Position numbers and translations under genes: made by a program | The notes under the pieces: generated by a model | The model's database searches: none | Told to the model about the DNA's origin: nothing | The model's input: only the letters and a program-made list of their open reading frames with translations | Part shown: positions 25,020-60,334 of the stretch, in pieces | How positions within the stretch are numbered: position 1 is the first letter of the stretch | Layout: the number at the start of each line of letters is the position of its first letter | Assembly (NCBI RefSeq): GCF_964204645.1 | Contig: NC_134031.1 | Span: 4,464,001-4,528,000 of the forward strand | Origin: Tubulanus polymorphus | Lineage: Eukaryota > Animalia > Nemertea | Direction: 5' to 3' | Length of the DNA: 64,000 bases

Positions 25020-27719
25020 AATATACTTCAGACCCATATCCTGACCCATGTCCCATCGGGGAGAGGACTTTACCAATCACCCGAAAAAAAGACAAATCAG
25101 AAAGTACTTACGATTTCTTTACAACTAGGTCCTGCAGATTGAACTATACAGGTTAGCAATACGTGTACAGGTATAACTGCACTGGAATACTCGCTGTGCG
25201 TGCACTAAATAATATAATAGAGGTATTATGGGTCGTCATGGCCACAAATCTATATACCGGAACGATTGGAGGCCGTGTCTAAAATTGATAGACGTATTGT
25301 TTCAACGTTCCATTGCCGCCACAGCTATCCAAATCCATTGTCAATTGATTTTATACGTTTTGCCCATGATTTTCAAATCAGATCGAAGTTGGTGTTCTGG
25401 TTGAAATTGATCGACGAGTGTAGTAAAATGACGCGCTATTTCGAGATGAAATTGCAGAGAATATACGCGCGCTGGCGACAGAAGTTATTTGCCTTGATAG
25501 ATGTCAGGTAGATGGCAGGGGATGCAACTGGTTCAGTCCAAGAATATTTCCTTAGTTCTAATGGGCTTGACTATCTTGACAAAAGGTTTTGTCAAATTTT
25601 GATACATATACCAAATACGAATGAGTTGCTGAAATGAGTTTGTTCGTTGCCGATCTGATATTTCGTGAAGTACATTGCTGTATTTTTCTTATGGTGATTC
25701 TTTTGTTTATCTCTTGATAAATATGATAGATGGGGCAGGTGCGATGAAAATATGCTTGGATTTCATCATTTGTAACTGATGGAACGTATTTACATCATTT
25801 GTGACTGAGGCCTGAACCGAAAGGGTTTGAATATCTCGACATTTTTTGTTTGGTATTTGATTGGTCATCGGTGATAGAACCAGAGATGATTTGGTCTCAT
25901 CGTGCCGAAATCTTTCCGTCCTATTTCATATTCGAAACGTTTTTTGCTTAGTCGCGGTTCATCTCTTGAAAGCCCCTTGTTTTTTTACCACTGGTCAGAT
26001 TATAGTCACGTTACATCACATTTCTCGTAACCAATGTAATAAATCTATTTACTATGTTAAATTGTCACGTCTTCGACGACATAAAATGATTCCTCAAAAC
26101 GTTCGACTCTTACTTCGCTAGTCATCATAGCTATTATTGGAACCGCAAGACAGTCGAACCTTATCAAATATACGCTTAATTTACAACGTTTGTTTATCCA
26201 TCCGATTGCTACAATTTCTATTTAATCTCTAATTTCTTATTTTTTCTAAAATCTTTTCATATTTTTCCAATGGCTGTTTGCTTTACTGAATATTCATTTG
26301 TATTCACGTTATCAATGCGATTTTAACACTGGTTTTCTATCGAAACGTTCCGTTTTTTGTGTAAATTTGTGTTGACATCCAGCGGTAATGACACAGGTGA
26401 AACTCAAGTTGCGGAATTTCGTATTGCAAAATAGTTTCCTAGGATAAGCTCTTAAAACTGGAATTCCTTGCATCTATATATTCTAAAGGGTGAATCTTAA
26501 TACAAGTACACAACTCTGTTCTAACGAAACTCATAATTTCTACATACATAAGTTTTCCTTAAAATTCTATATCATAAATAAAATATCCACATGTCTAAAA
26601 TGCTCAATTTCTTCATCGCTACTTTGTCGTTGAAATGCTCTGTTTATATCTTTACCGTTCGTTGTGAGCCATGTTACGGACTCGGGGTGTGGTGGTAGAT
26701 ATTTGATTGCCATTGTAGACGGCGAGCCTTAATGGACGTATTGATGCTGCCGATAGTGTAGATAAACGCGGTCTTCATTCCTTTATACCGTTCTTGTTGT
26801 AGTTTGGTTATGTTATTGATGCAACCACAGGGCGCTTTTAAAATATTCATTGTCGAACAATTAATTCACTATTCCATATTTACATATGTAATAACTATAT
26901 GACTGTTTCTTGCGTGTCCGTACATGGCTATAGCGAGGGCGTTGGATATTTCACCCTCACGTAGAAATTGCCATTCACGGAATATCTTAAGTTTTTTCCT
27001 GATTGTAGCTTATGTTTATTCGATAGTTAATCACAATGCCAATTTTGCCGGTTAACATGGCACACGCCAATCAACGTTAGTTTTGAAGATACTTTTAAAG
27101 ATACTGAAAAAGATACTAAAAATTAAGAAAAACTATCTGAGTTCTAATTCAAATACTCAAAACCCTAACGTATCGACAAATCTGAATACATATCAAATAC
27201 GTATGAATTACTGAAATCATATATTTCTTTTGTCCATTTTAAACGCCAGGATAATGATAGAATTTCGTGACGTACATTTTCAGCATTTTCGTATGTGATT
27301 GTATCATCTCTGTTTACCGAAGTAGAAAATCTCAGTTGATTTCTGTAGGAAAAAAGACGCGGAGACAGAAATGTACAATTAAATATTTTCTTTATTTCGT
27401 AGTTCTATCCTCGTATCTAGTTTTCTCATTGTTGTATTATGTTTAAAATATCCGCTGAACACAAAACCGGTGGACAACACTGAATTATATATTATCAACT
27501 ACCACGCTTGAATTTGTACGTAATTAATTGTAATTAATCTTTTTCACAAAATAATCGACCTGCACTGATATTGACTGAGTTTTCGTTATTGTCTTTTATC
27601 TTCCTGTTTAAGCGGTTTCCGAAAAAATCATGGTTTTCTCGAGTAGTGACGAAATCTTCGCTATCAGCGCCGCCTCGTGGTATCGAAGTGGGCAGCATGG
27701 ATAGTTATTACCGGGGCCT

Positions 27720-46584
<18,865 letters not shown>

Positions 46585-46940
46585 GTTTAGTTTGTGCGGA
46601 AGTATATTACTCGCCGAACTTTTGTTTCAAATCGAAAGACGGCTTAGAAAACAGCGTGACGTATTAATCGACAGGTCGGCAGTAAGTTTGTCGCACGAAT
46701 CAACCTCCAGTACCAGACGATGATTTGTTTAGCGTCGATGTTGATTTATCTATTTCACTATTCAGCAAACCGTCAATAGATATTCCAGCTCTTCGGATCG
46801 ATGCTTTCCCATAAAATCTCCAAACGACAATTTTCAGCAAGCAAAATTCATGAAACACCTACGTCTACGTCGTTTTTTCCCAAGTTACCCGCTAAACAGG
46901 AGTCACATTTGTTAAATGCTTATCGTCTCCATGTATTGGC

Positions 46941-47204
46941 TATTTAAGTTTCTTCTAGTTTCCCACGGCTCGCGTGGCGTCAACCAATCAGATTCGCGGG
47001 CGCGGCTTGTCAGTGTCAACTCAAACCAAAGCCGCCATCACGTAAAAATATCCCCCAGATTAATTCCTCCATATAATCTAAAATTCACCCAAATACGTAA
47101 TGCCATATTTTACTTCAGTTCTTCATGTAATTGAAGTAATTACAAAATATCTTTGGAGCTAATTAATTAATTGATGAATCGGATACTGATTTCAATTTAC
47201 GTCA
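46941..47204 (-). promoter_or_regulatory. Candidate promoter of the neuropeptide gene: TATA-like CTTAAATA (46941-46948), CRE-like TGACGCCA (46975-46982), CCAAT box (46984-46988), CRE-like TGACGTAA (47197-47204)
   Basis: Clustered motif matches about 360-620 bp upstream of the signal-peptide ATG, in a plausible order. Confidence 0.45.
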
Positions 47205-49204
47205 CTCTGGCAGCAAGAATTTTGGTCACGTACTTAGAGGCGTGGAGGAAATGATCGTTTAACGTCAATTAATCGAATGTACAGAAATTAATATCTTAAA
47301 AGCCACTAATCAGTCGACGTATGTTTGTTTGTACATATATATACGTATAGGCCCTGACAGACTATAAAGCATCATGAGAACATGAAGAACCGCTAAATAA
47401 ATGCGTCTGACATTTGTAATAAGACCGATGTCACTATTGCTAATACCGAAATGACGGTACGAATTTGAATTTCACCGAACAGAGGAGTCGAGCCCATTCA
47501 ATCAGCGTTTGGCACCGGAAATGCATATATATATAATCCGTGCTTGCAGAAAAACAGAGCCGTAGATTAGCCGAATAACATACTAACCACAGCAAATATC
47601 TCTTACTGTTCTTATGCAATTTCATTCGCAGTTTAGACTGTGAAACTAACTTATGAATCATGAATGTCATTTCAATCTTATTGGCGAGAAAATACTTTCG
47701 GATAATTACGTTCATGTTCCACGATCTCTTGCCCTATTCTCGTTTCTCGTTGTTTTTACCCTTACAGTGCTCTCTCAGGTCAACGAAGTATGTAAGAAAT
47801 TTAACGCCTTTTTCCAAGCTTCGTCGCGATTTCGTTGCTCACACTGAACTATGAGTTTTAGAGAAATCTCCGTTAATGGTAAAACAGCTAATTGCCACTA
47901 CAACATTAATTTTGTTTCAGTTTTCCCAACTCAATTTGGACTTTTCATACGAAACTATTCAGTCTGGAATTTTTGGGGAAGAATCTTTAAGGAACGTAAA
48001 CATTTTAGGGGTGGGGTGTCGGACCCCAACGGACCGGCCCCTGTAGTCCTAAAAAACAATGTTTGTATCTTTTTTGTCTTTCTTTGGCGTCTTTTTGATC
48101 TTGACCAAAAAAGCTCATATCCTCGCATCTCTTTGAAATAATGCAAGGATGTGAAAAAAATCTTGTGAGTGTGAAGACAAGTGATTCCATTTTACTCAGT
48201 TCCTTACGAAAGCGTCCCGGAACGTGAAAATCTTCGGTGACAAACTCGAAATCAAGCTCAGAAAATAACCTTTAACTAAGAATTAAACCAGTTTATTCCG
48301 AGTTATAAACATCTGGAATAAACCTCGAATTTTGTTCTTTGAAATGAATGGCCCTTACTACAAAGATGACTTTTAATGGGCGATTCGGCCACGCAAAGAT
48401 CAACTAACGTTATATTCGGAGACTACGCGTCCTTCCACGTCGTGCGAAATGTACAGTTTGATGCCCCCAGGACGCCTGAAAATCTAATTTATGCGAAAAA
48501 ACCCATTTCTTTTATTAATCGTTAGAAATAACATGTGTTTCTGTGAAAAGCCGTTTTAATCGCAAATGTCCAGACAGTCACAAAAAATCGCAGGGAGAAT
48601 TATACTTTTAATAGAAAAGCGGTGATTCTATCTGTGCCAAAATTGCTCTCGCATATTTTCGTTCTGACTGAAGAATGGAATTTAATGCCATTTTGTTCGC
48701 GATGAATAAAATTCTATCGAATTTGAATTTATATTTTGTCTGTTTTGCGTGGTATTTAGTTCGATGTAAACAATATGGCGTCCGTGTATGTAACTAATGA
48801 ACATATATACAACACCGGTTTATAACCTATTAACAACACGTTTCCGACGTTATATTCGATCTTTTGTGTTAGAAAACTAAAGCCCGGGAGCAGTGGAAGG
48901 TTGGAGTTTAAGATATCTTGCTGCAGCTAGTTTATGTAGCCGGCCTAGAGCGTGAGTCTAAGACTGAAGAGTCCGACCTGCCAGACAGACAGGTAGTACG
49001 CTGCTCTCGACAAAGTCACAAAGATAATACTCCGTTTCCTCGTACACGGACAACTACCGAGTCTGAATACCAGATGTTGTAATGGTCCCCTACGTTTTTG
49101 GAAACCCAGCTAGATACTAACACCTACCAACAACAACAGTAACATTCAAGTCCCTCCCGGACGCGGGCAAGAAGCGGCTGGGCCCCCATTTCTACCGATT
49201 GAAT

Positions 49205-52200
49205 ATGGACGAATACGATAACACGAGCTGCAGTTATGACGATGATGATAAAAAACTTGAGAGCTATAAAGAAATTCGGGCTGTGGCATCGAAGGTGACT
49301 ATCTATCACGTCTTGCTTGTTTCTTTTCTTATTCTCTTTCACCCTGCCAGTCCTGCAACAGATGCTTAACACAAAAAGATTTTGACCCCACCCAGTAGGC
49401 CTATTTGAATAGTACCTAGGACACTGGGTGAAGTCAAAGGAGTTTTTGCGTTGGGTCCCCTGTGGTACTGGTTCGTGGAAGTGGTTGTATCCGCAGTGAT
49501 CTACGTCGCTCTACGATCCTAGTGTACCTATATGCGTTAACATCAGACAATAAGATTCTTCGTGAAACCATTCTTTGACTTTGTAGGCCTAAAAACGCGC
49601 AGGGTCAGGGGCCAGTTGCTCAAAAGTTGGTTGAATATAACTAGCAGATAGATACCCTAGTAACAATGCAATTTAAATTGTCACTATACCAACTATCTAC
49701 TGGTTTGCTCCAACCAACTTTTGAGCAACTGACCCCTGCAGTAGTGTAGGTCTAGTCTTATAGAAATTTACTGGAATTGAAAACCAATAATCATCTCTGG
49801 CCGGTATCCAGTGGTTTGTTTTATGATACATTCACGATGAGGAAGAAGGTTTTGGACATATGTTGGTTTAATAGCTGGCTATTGATTCGGGAATATGTGC
49901 TGAATGAATACAATGAAAATTTATATATTTCAGAACTGGTTGAATTCTGCGTACGTTTCACTGGCAAAGTTAGACGAAGTGAAAGCGAAAGTCTACAACG
50001 TTGGTTTAAGTGATGCTCGACAATTAAAAGCGAAGCCAATTACGAAAGTGATTTCTAAACATCAGCTGCAAATGAAACCTCCGATAACATCTGTAATGAG
50101 CCAACGAACTGCATGGTACATAAACCCCTAGTGAGACCCAGTTTTGACAACCACTCTACCCGAACATGGATTTGATTGAATATGATGCTTGCCTTAGTCT
50201 TTAAAATAAGCCCTTGAAATATCTATTTTTGAGGATTCTGATCATTTGTTTGTTGTTTGTGTAAACGCAGGGGCAGCAGTTCTTCAATCCCCGAACTGGT
50301 GCGACAGCAAAGCGAAAAGCAACGTCCCGAAAGTGCGAAGCTTTTAAGGCCTTCTCGTCCGACCAGCGTCAAAAGACGTCCAGAAAGTGCAAAAACTCCA
50401 CTGTCTCAACACAAAAATATGAAGAATAAGATCATTATGGCAGGTAAAGTGACCGGTCGATGTAAGACTGGTAAAATGGTGTTATTTATAGTTCATGTGA
50501 TGAAAAAAGAAATGTTTGTCTCGTTGTAGTAAAGGGAGGAAGATATGAGCCAAACAGCCGTCCACCGCAAACCAACCCGCATCTCATAGATCAGCCGAGC
50601 GGTGATCACTTCAACAGAGCAATCAATATGAATTTTGAACAGAACGCAGAAAGTATGATTTCAAAATTTCTCAATAAAAACGTTTCGGTACAGCAGAATC
50701 TCCTAACAGTGAAATGATTAAAATAATTTCGTATGGATCAAATAGAATTTCAGACACTGTTACTTCTGAGTTCGTTAAAAGCAAAAGTTCCGCTGTATTA
50801 CTTTGAGATACAATTATTTAATCTCATTAACAGAGGAACCTCCTCCTGCGCCGTGTGCTTCTCCTGACGAAATGACTACTAATGGTATCATGACAGATTT
50901 TGTTAATCAGGATTCTGAGTAAGCAAACAAATTTGTAAATCAGTTTAAAGTCCTCATTCAAATTATCATAATGAGATATTAGTGAAATGCAGCATTTGAA
51001 ATACTGTATCGTATCCATTTGATCAAAATTGAAATCGGAACTCGTAGTGAAAAGGGAAAGAATGTTTTCGATTTGTAGTGACAGCGATGTGAATAGTGAA
51101 GCTATCGAAGAAAGAGTTCGAAACAATCGCGCTCATCAACACAAACACAAATCTCCAACGACGACCCTGCTACGAAAACCGGTTCAAGACCCGATCCATT
51201 TAACACTTCCACACGCCAGTTTGGATGATGAAGATGCTGACAATATTGACACTGAACGGTATTTTTTTTCCGAAAAATTACATTTTTTAGAAGCCGAGTT
51301 CGACCGAAAATATGGCTAAATGACAGCCACCTCATTCACAATGACTTTAAAAGATCAATTTAACTACTGAATTTGTGAATCCGAAAAACTGCAAAATTTC
51401 TTTAGATTTTTTTAGCCCTTTCAGTGCTGACTTATTAATACGCGCAAATACTGGAGATGATTTTAAGATTTTAAAAAGTTCCATCCCGGTGTGTTGAATT
51501 ATGTGCATACATCTATAGTGTGTCTGCATGGCAGTGCAGTGTATCATTAGTTACTAATATTTCACTATATTTGACAAGTGCTGCTATCTTTCAATATAGA
51601 AACTGATTACTAGTAACATCAATACACCGTGATGCAGTGTACTATCAAAGTCTATCACCGATTCATACACTGCACTGCGGTGTAGACACACTGAAAGGGT
51701 TGAAATGATTTAAGAATACGTTTTTCATTCGCGTTCAATGTACCGGGTATTTTTCATCAGGTTATTGGAAGCGGCCGAAGGTACGGGTCTTCAAACTAAA
51801 CCAGGCTTTTCGTACGTGCACGCGGTCAGTACTAAAACTACGCCAAAAATTCACATTCCCGGGATGAACATTTTCTGGCAGATAGAAGAAGAACAGCTCG
51901 GAGTTATCAACGATGATGATGATGATGATGGTGATAGTTGTTTCGAGGATTTCGAAGATGTTCATGAATCGAAAAAAGAACACAAAGTAAAATTCGACGT
52001 CGATAATGAATCTCCGGCGACTCGAGCGACGACGTATCTTCATTCGGGACGACCGGATTTACGAAACGTGAAAAGCCGAACCGATTCTGGTCTCGGTTCC
52101 GTGAAGACGCGACCGGCTTCGGCTCAGAAATACAGCAGACCGTGTTCGGCAAAAAGCGATACGACGAGTACGGGAAGTCGATCGCGACCTCAATCGGCTA

Positions 52201-55200
52201 AAGTACAGTTCGTCCCGACCGCGGTCATGGTAGCTTACAGCGACGACGATGAAAACGGTGACGTTAAAAATCAGGCGGAGACGGAGAGAAGAAAAAAGAA
52301 ATCGAGGAAATCGTTGAGAGAAAGTATAGATGACGTCGATACTTTGGTTCGAGGATATAGCGTCGGCACGGTGAATTCGGACGATGTTGGTGAGGGTAGT
52401 ACTGATCAGAACGGAGGAAATTCGTCGCGTCGAAGATTTCTATCGGAACCCGAGCGTAATTATTACGAAATCGCGATGATGCAGAACGCCGCCGGCGCCG
52501 ATGATAACGAATCGTCGTCGTCGAGTAAAATGAAAACGGTGAAAACGATCGAATTCGTCGACGGCGAAGTGAAAGAGACGACCGAGATCAACACCCTCGA
52601 TTGTCACGACGTGCGCTCAAAACCAACAGCTCGACCTTTATCCGGCAATATCCATAAGGTAATTCAAGTAGATCTTTGACTCATGCCGGTTTTGGAAATT
52701 TTTCGAAAGTTTTGGAAAATGGAATGGAAATTTTTTCCAGACCTTGGAAATTTTGATTTATTCTCTATGGCTATGGAAAATCAGGAAATTGGCTAACAAT
52801 TTCGATTATGTTCATAGCCACTAAACATTTGAGAAAAATCTTTATGAAAACTCTTGGTCAAATGTATTGATGATAATTGCCAACAATTCACTCTATACGA
52901 AAACAGTTTGGGGATGTGTAACTTAGGGTGTATAGAAAATCTATAATCTCGGTATGGAAAATGAAGTTGGTTAACCCGTATTAACCCTGAGATCTTTTGA
53001 CCGATGATTCTTTATTGTGTACACGGACCACTTTCATAGATATTAGTAACAAGATATTTATCCCTAGGCATATAAAGCTGTCCTTGATATTGTTGATAAC
53101 AATCATGGTAAAAAAGTAGCTGTCAAATATTTTGAAAGATTTTCTGTTTTGAATGATAACCTCGATGATTTATCACGTACTTTATAGGAGCTGTTGAAGC
53201 CAATCGAAGAACTTTGGGATAAAAATGGACGAAGAATTAAGAAAATCGAGGAAGAAAATACCTGTAAAAAACGACCAAAATCGGCTTCACTGGTGAGTAT
53301 AGTTAATCAGAGGAGCTACGGGCTTTTGTTGCTGTTTTTGCTTGTAACTAGTAACTTTTTGTATTTCAATCGTTTTAGGCTAAGATTGGGACTGCAAACA
53401 AACTGGAGAATTCTCCTTATCAGAAGCCTGTGGGTTGTATACATTCCTATGCACCTCCGATACGAAGGTAAGTATTATATTACACATTTCTCACGGCTGA
53501 GAGATTTTCTAAACACATTTCTAAACACAACTTTTTCCGTTAATTAGACCACGTTCTGCTCACATTGGGGGCAAACCACAAAAACCAAAGCATGGTAAGT
53601 GTAAAAATTAGCCGTTAAACTTTAAACAAAGATTATATTTCTGAAGTGTTAGATATATTTCTGAAACGTGTACTTATTCCTACAGCAGCTAATAGACCAG
53701 CTAGTGCTGGTGACGTTAAACCTCACAACAAACTACGCGTGAATAAGAAAACACAGAATGAAAAACCGCCGAAAAAGATTCTCTATATCGAGACTCGGGA
53801 CCGAGATGATATCATACGCGTAAGATTGATCGTGATTCAACTGGTTTCCAGGGTGGCCACTTACCTGGAAATCAGGGAATTTTCTTCTCTTTAAAAAGAT
53901 CAGGGAATTTTGTTTTGAAATCAGGGAAAAGTCAGGGAAATATGTTGAGATTGCTATGATGTGCATATAATCAAACAGTTTCCGTCTATGTCTTGCGTAT
54001 TTGATTGTGTTAATTGCTCGGGTTCTTAGCAAATCAAGTCAGGAAAAACAACGTGCTTGTCGGGGGGGAAAAGCAAGTCAAATAAAAGTGGCCACCCTGT
54101 TTTCGATATTCACATTTATCTGCTTTCGATCATATTTTTTGCCAACACAAATTACCATTTACCATGATACATATTATCGCGTATATAATTTGCGGAATTT
54201 AAAGAAACTTTGGAATAACGACCAAATTTAATCCAATTGTCACAAACATTTGTCTCCAAAAACATGTTTTACCATAGTGTGTTTCGTTTCACGCATATCA
54301 CTCACTGTGTTAATCCATTCACCGGTTTGAGTTGTTATTTTATGTTACTACAGTCTAATCAATCCGAGGGTATGAGGCAATGTAAAAGCATGCATTTTAA
54401 ACTGCTTGAAAAGGGTATGGATATCCCTGTGGATACACTTGCTCGGTGAGTTATTACACACACAAAGTGACGCTGTCGTTCATAGAACAGCAGATGATAT
54501 GTACTCTATTGGACCTAGTTCCACAGTTGTGAGTTGGGGGTTTAACCCTATAGGAGAGTCCAAAATAATTCATTTTACTAAGAGTCAATTCAACTAGCAT
54601 AACTAGCATTGCTATTCTTGGTCATTGATACTGCATATGATATATCTTGGAGTAATCATTTGCTGCTGACTTCATGAGATTTTAACTCACATCTGTTGAT
54701 CCGGGACTCGGTAGTTTCTTGCATTAGGAGAATTATATTTGAATCTTAATTATAAATTTCAGGGCATTACTTCCACCTCAAGGCACAAGTGTTTATCTCG
54801 ATTCCAATGCAGCACAAGCCTTGCCTAGCAATTACAGTTCAGGGTAAATAATACACAACTTGCTATTCATTCTTTTTTAGCGTGATTAGATTCAAAATTG
54901 GACAGCTCTTTTTACTCTCTGTCTGTCTTTTAGATTACTAAGCAGTCCGGCTGTGTGGTTATCTAAAGAATTTAGACGTCTCAAACTTGCTGAAAAGGCT
55001 CTACGTAAGTAATCGTTAAATTCACGAAAGCGATGTTGCATTCCTGTGCGTATAGTTGATAGCGTTAATTCATTCTATGTAATTTCAGAGAGGGCAGAAG
55101 AGAGGCTGTATTTACAGCGAAAAAACGAAGAAAAGCTCGCTAAAGGGGAACCAGTTACTAAAAAGAAAACTAAAAAGAAATCGACTTCTAAAACGCAGCA

Positions 55201-55228
55201 AGCAACTATAAAATCAATTGCAGTATGA
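49205..55228 (+). CDS. Uncharacterised ~830-aa largely disordered protein with RPxSA repeats. 15 exons: 49205-49294, 49934-50115, 50271-50443/50470, 50530-50652, 50834-50918, 51079-51258, 51761-52658, 53188-53292, 53379-53467, 53548-53594, 53686-53819, 54354-54445, 54763-54843, 54934-55004, 55089-55228
   Basis: All junctions are GT-AG with matching phases and no internal stops. It includes the 313-aa ORF at 51738-52679. There are eight RPxSA motifs, acidic tracts, and a more ordered C-terminus (IPVDTLARALLPPQG...GLLSSPAVWLSKEFRRLKLAE). Family not recognised, and the start codon is tentative. Confidence 0.82.
49607..49738. mobile_element. MITE (CAGGGGCCAGTTGCTCAAAAGTTGGTT ... AACCAACTTTTGAGCAACTGACCCCTG)
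   Basis: Near-perfect ~27-bp terminal inverted repeats. Confidence 0.85.
51517..51692. repeat. Inverted-repeat element in intron
   Basis: gtgtgtctgcatggcagtgcagtgtat / atacactgcactgcggtgtagacacac arms. Confidence 0.65.
53849..54099. mobile_element. MITE with CAGGGTGGCCACTT / AAGTGGCCACCCTG termini and TCAGGGAA subrepeats (hAT-like ends)
   Basis: Perfect 14-bp terminal inverted repeat and internal repeated tcagggaa motifs. Confidence 0.8.
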
Positions 55229-56086
55229 TTATTTCTAGATTTATATCTAAATCATACTTTGTACGTATTTGGGCAGGTTTGAATTAAGACTTGTCTGTCT
55301 ATGTATTTACTGTTTTGCACTATTGTTGTACAACGTTAAAGATTTAATCTGTCCCCCCTCCCCCCTTTGCCCAGTGGCAAACTTGGCATCCCGGTTGTAA
55401 TACAAGAGAATTTGATGCTATTAAAAAATCTCTTGCGTTTGTGATGACCCAATATTTAATCAAACATGATCCGTCCAACTTTACAAAGAAACACACCGAT
55501 CCGTCCAGCATTATAAATGCACACAATGTTTAGTGATAGACTGCACGATATTATTGTGCACATTTATACGTTTGATGTACACTATTTATCTATTGTTTCC
55601 TGTTTCCTTAGGAAATAAATGCTTTATCATTTATATTACATCATCTGTTGTATTCTATGTTTTATTGTGAACGTTTCGAGGAGTATAGAAGTCTTGCAAC
55701 TTTTTCGACGTGACAGGCCCGTGCTGAGCTTTTATGAGGGGCAGTTATATTTCAAGAAAATGGGCATTTTGCATTTCAAAAAGGAAAAAATCTTGAATAT
55801 GCACCTGAATGAATCATTTCCCACAAAAGATATGAAAAATGTATTCGAATTTCGAAAAATCTCCACCCAAATTTTTTGACACTGACTTTTCGATGACTTT
55901 GACCTAATATCAGATATATTAACGGGTGGTGAAATGTGCCGTCAAAAGTATTTGCGTTTAAAATTCGAAGGGGACTAGGGTACTATGAATTTCAAACTGT
56001 ATTGGGCAATAAGGCTATCAAAATGGTCTGGATCCGCCCCTGCATTCGTAGAATTGATAGCGTTACTTCATTCTATGTGATTTCAG

Positions 56087-56175
56087 AGAAGGCAGCAGAA
56101 AGACTGTATTTCCAACGAACTAAACGTCATGTCACTTATCTTACAGCCGTCTCCGGTCAGACAATCGTTCACTGA
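56087..56175 (+). CDS. Duplicated alternative terminal exon of the RPxSA gene ((Q)KAAERLYFQRTKRHVTYLTAVSGQTIVH*)
   Basis: The acceptor region ttgatagcgtta.ttcattctatgt.atttcag and the first codons are paralogous to 55056-55120. Same phase, open to TGA. Confidence 0.5.
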
Positions 56176-56272
56176 GATAGTTATTGGGAATTATTGGTTG
56201 AGAAAAACGATGGACACAAGTCAATTAGACCTTGAAGAGGTTTATTGTAACTTCCTGATCCGCCAATTTTAG

Positions 56273-58406
<2,134 letters not shown>

Positions 58407-59429
58407 CTAGCAATAAAAATGACATAGAAATCGACTTGCATAGTCAATGCAGGTCACATCTTAGAAGCTTTGAGATCAATTATGTCTTACCTTGCAATAG
58501 TGTCACCACCGAATGTACATCTAACTAATGTGTGATCTCAATCTTTTTAGCACTAGTTTATTAATCTAGTTTATTCAATACTCGTGATCACTTGACGTTA
58601 AGTCGGTCAAAATCTCGTTTATCATTCTTACGGGACTGACGACGGACAGATATAACCCCGGCGGCGACGACGGCGGCCGGAGACGATCGAACCGTCGAGT
58701 GAAATCATGTATGTCCCCACATGGGTAATATTTATTAGGCCCAATGCAGTGACAATACATTCGATTGAGAGATTTTGAAGTCAAATATAAACCAGTACTT
58801 TTTGGACCAATCAGGTGAATCGGGGAATTTAAATGACCCCTATGTAGAAAATCCCACAATAATAACGAGAAAATATCTTAAAGTCCGAAAATGTTTCCTT
58901 GAGCTCACAGGGGCCCGACATAATATGTTTTTGACCCCAATAGGTACTATTACTTAGGATTCCCCCGGTACTGCGAGCCAGTCGACGTAGGCCGTCCTTT
59001 TGACCGAACGGCTCCGATTTCAAAACAATACATAGTATAGTAATGCGAGAGGATACATTCGATGCGAGAGGAAATTCGTGTCGATATTATGAATAGTTTG
59101 ATAAATGAGGTTATATGAACATTAGTAAATTGTCCTAGTTTATAGTTGATACGTCCATTATGGTTGGTCTTTTTTGAAATACAGTCATCGTGGTTGAGGA
59201 ACTTACATTATAATTCCTTAAGCACGTAATCTGGCATTTTCTATAATTGGTGTATGAAAATAAATATGATTCACGTTAAAACCTTTCAATCGTTTCATGA
59301 AGTTTTTAGCAACAATCAAAGGTTGATTCAATCGAAGCCATTTGGGCTTTGCCCTGCTTTGTTTATTTCATCGTTGTTTCTACCATGAGTTTTCTTTGAA
59401 TGAATAATATTGACTTTTATTGCTAGTGG

Positions 59430-59578
59430 TGACTCTCATATTCGAGAAGTCTGAATTGGTCAGTGATGGTCAATTCATAAATTTGCAATGGTGAATCATT
59501 TTAGTCTGACACTAAACGCGGTATATCGTTCTCATATTCGAGAAGTTTGAATTGGTCAGTGGTGGTCAATTTATGAAC
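59430..59578 (+). repeat. Two ~45-bp direct repeats about 97 bp apart
   Basis: tctcatattcgagaagt(c/t)tgaattggtcagtg(a/g)tggtcaatt occurs twice. Confidence 0.8.
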
Positions 59579-60334
59579 ATTAAAGAAATTTGTGGTTTGA
59601 ATAGAACAGCGCCATCAGTGATTGTATGACTTTGGCCAACGACTTGATATATTATGGCTGCTGACTAGCTTTATCTCCTGATAAATGTCACCATAAAGCA
59701 TTTCTGTTGTTTTAGTAGGAATAAAAAGCGATAAAAATCTTAATAGATCCCCGAAAAGTGGATGTATTAAGATCGTAGCTATATCGGCATGTGCGCCGGT
59801 CCGGCCGATCTCGTCGCTCTCGTACGTACCCGGCAGCAAACAAATGCATGGTAGGGAATCTGTGCGGTCACGTCTCCGATGAATCATGCTTAATTAATGA
59901 TGGTAATAGAAGCCATCAAAGGTTTTTAGGGGCGATAAAATCATATTTCGTCTCGTGTGACGTGAAATAGGTAGCCTCCGGTATCTGATTGGAGTTGTCC
60001 TGTGATGCTGACTATGGCAGGTGAGCTCAACTCTAGATGGTGACGCCATCTATCGGGACGTAAATAAGTGAGCGTAAATTTGAAAGCGATTGCTGCTATA
60101 GGGAGGATTTATAAGATTTTTAGGGCTTTATGGTAAAGGTAAGTTAGTTTATTCGCACGGGAAGGGTTTATGGATGAAACAGACAAAGGACGGGTTTGAA
60201 ATATGTTTCATGTTTGGTTTTAAACCGACACCGAACAGAGGTTGAAATAGAATCCCCATGCTGAATTAAATTCAATATTTTATTCAACGAGTAGAGCGAT
60301 GTAGACGAAGTGTGTTATTTTATATATATTTTTT

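Noticed and set aside
51762-52152. Antisense ORFs with poly-Ile and poly-His
   Set aside because: Reverse-strand shadows of the (GAT)n poly-Asp tract in the real + strand exon.
59430-59578. Repeat-spacer-repeat resembling a mini CRISPR array
   Set aside because: Only two imperfect copies, eukaryotic context and no cas genes. A local tandem duplication.
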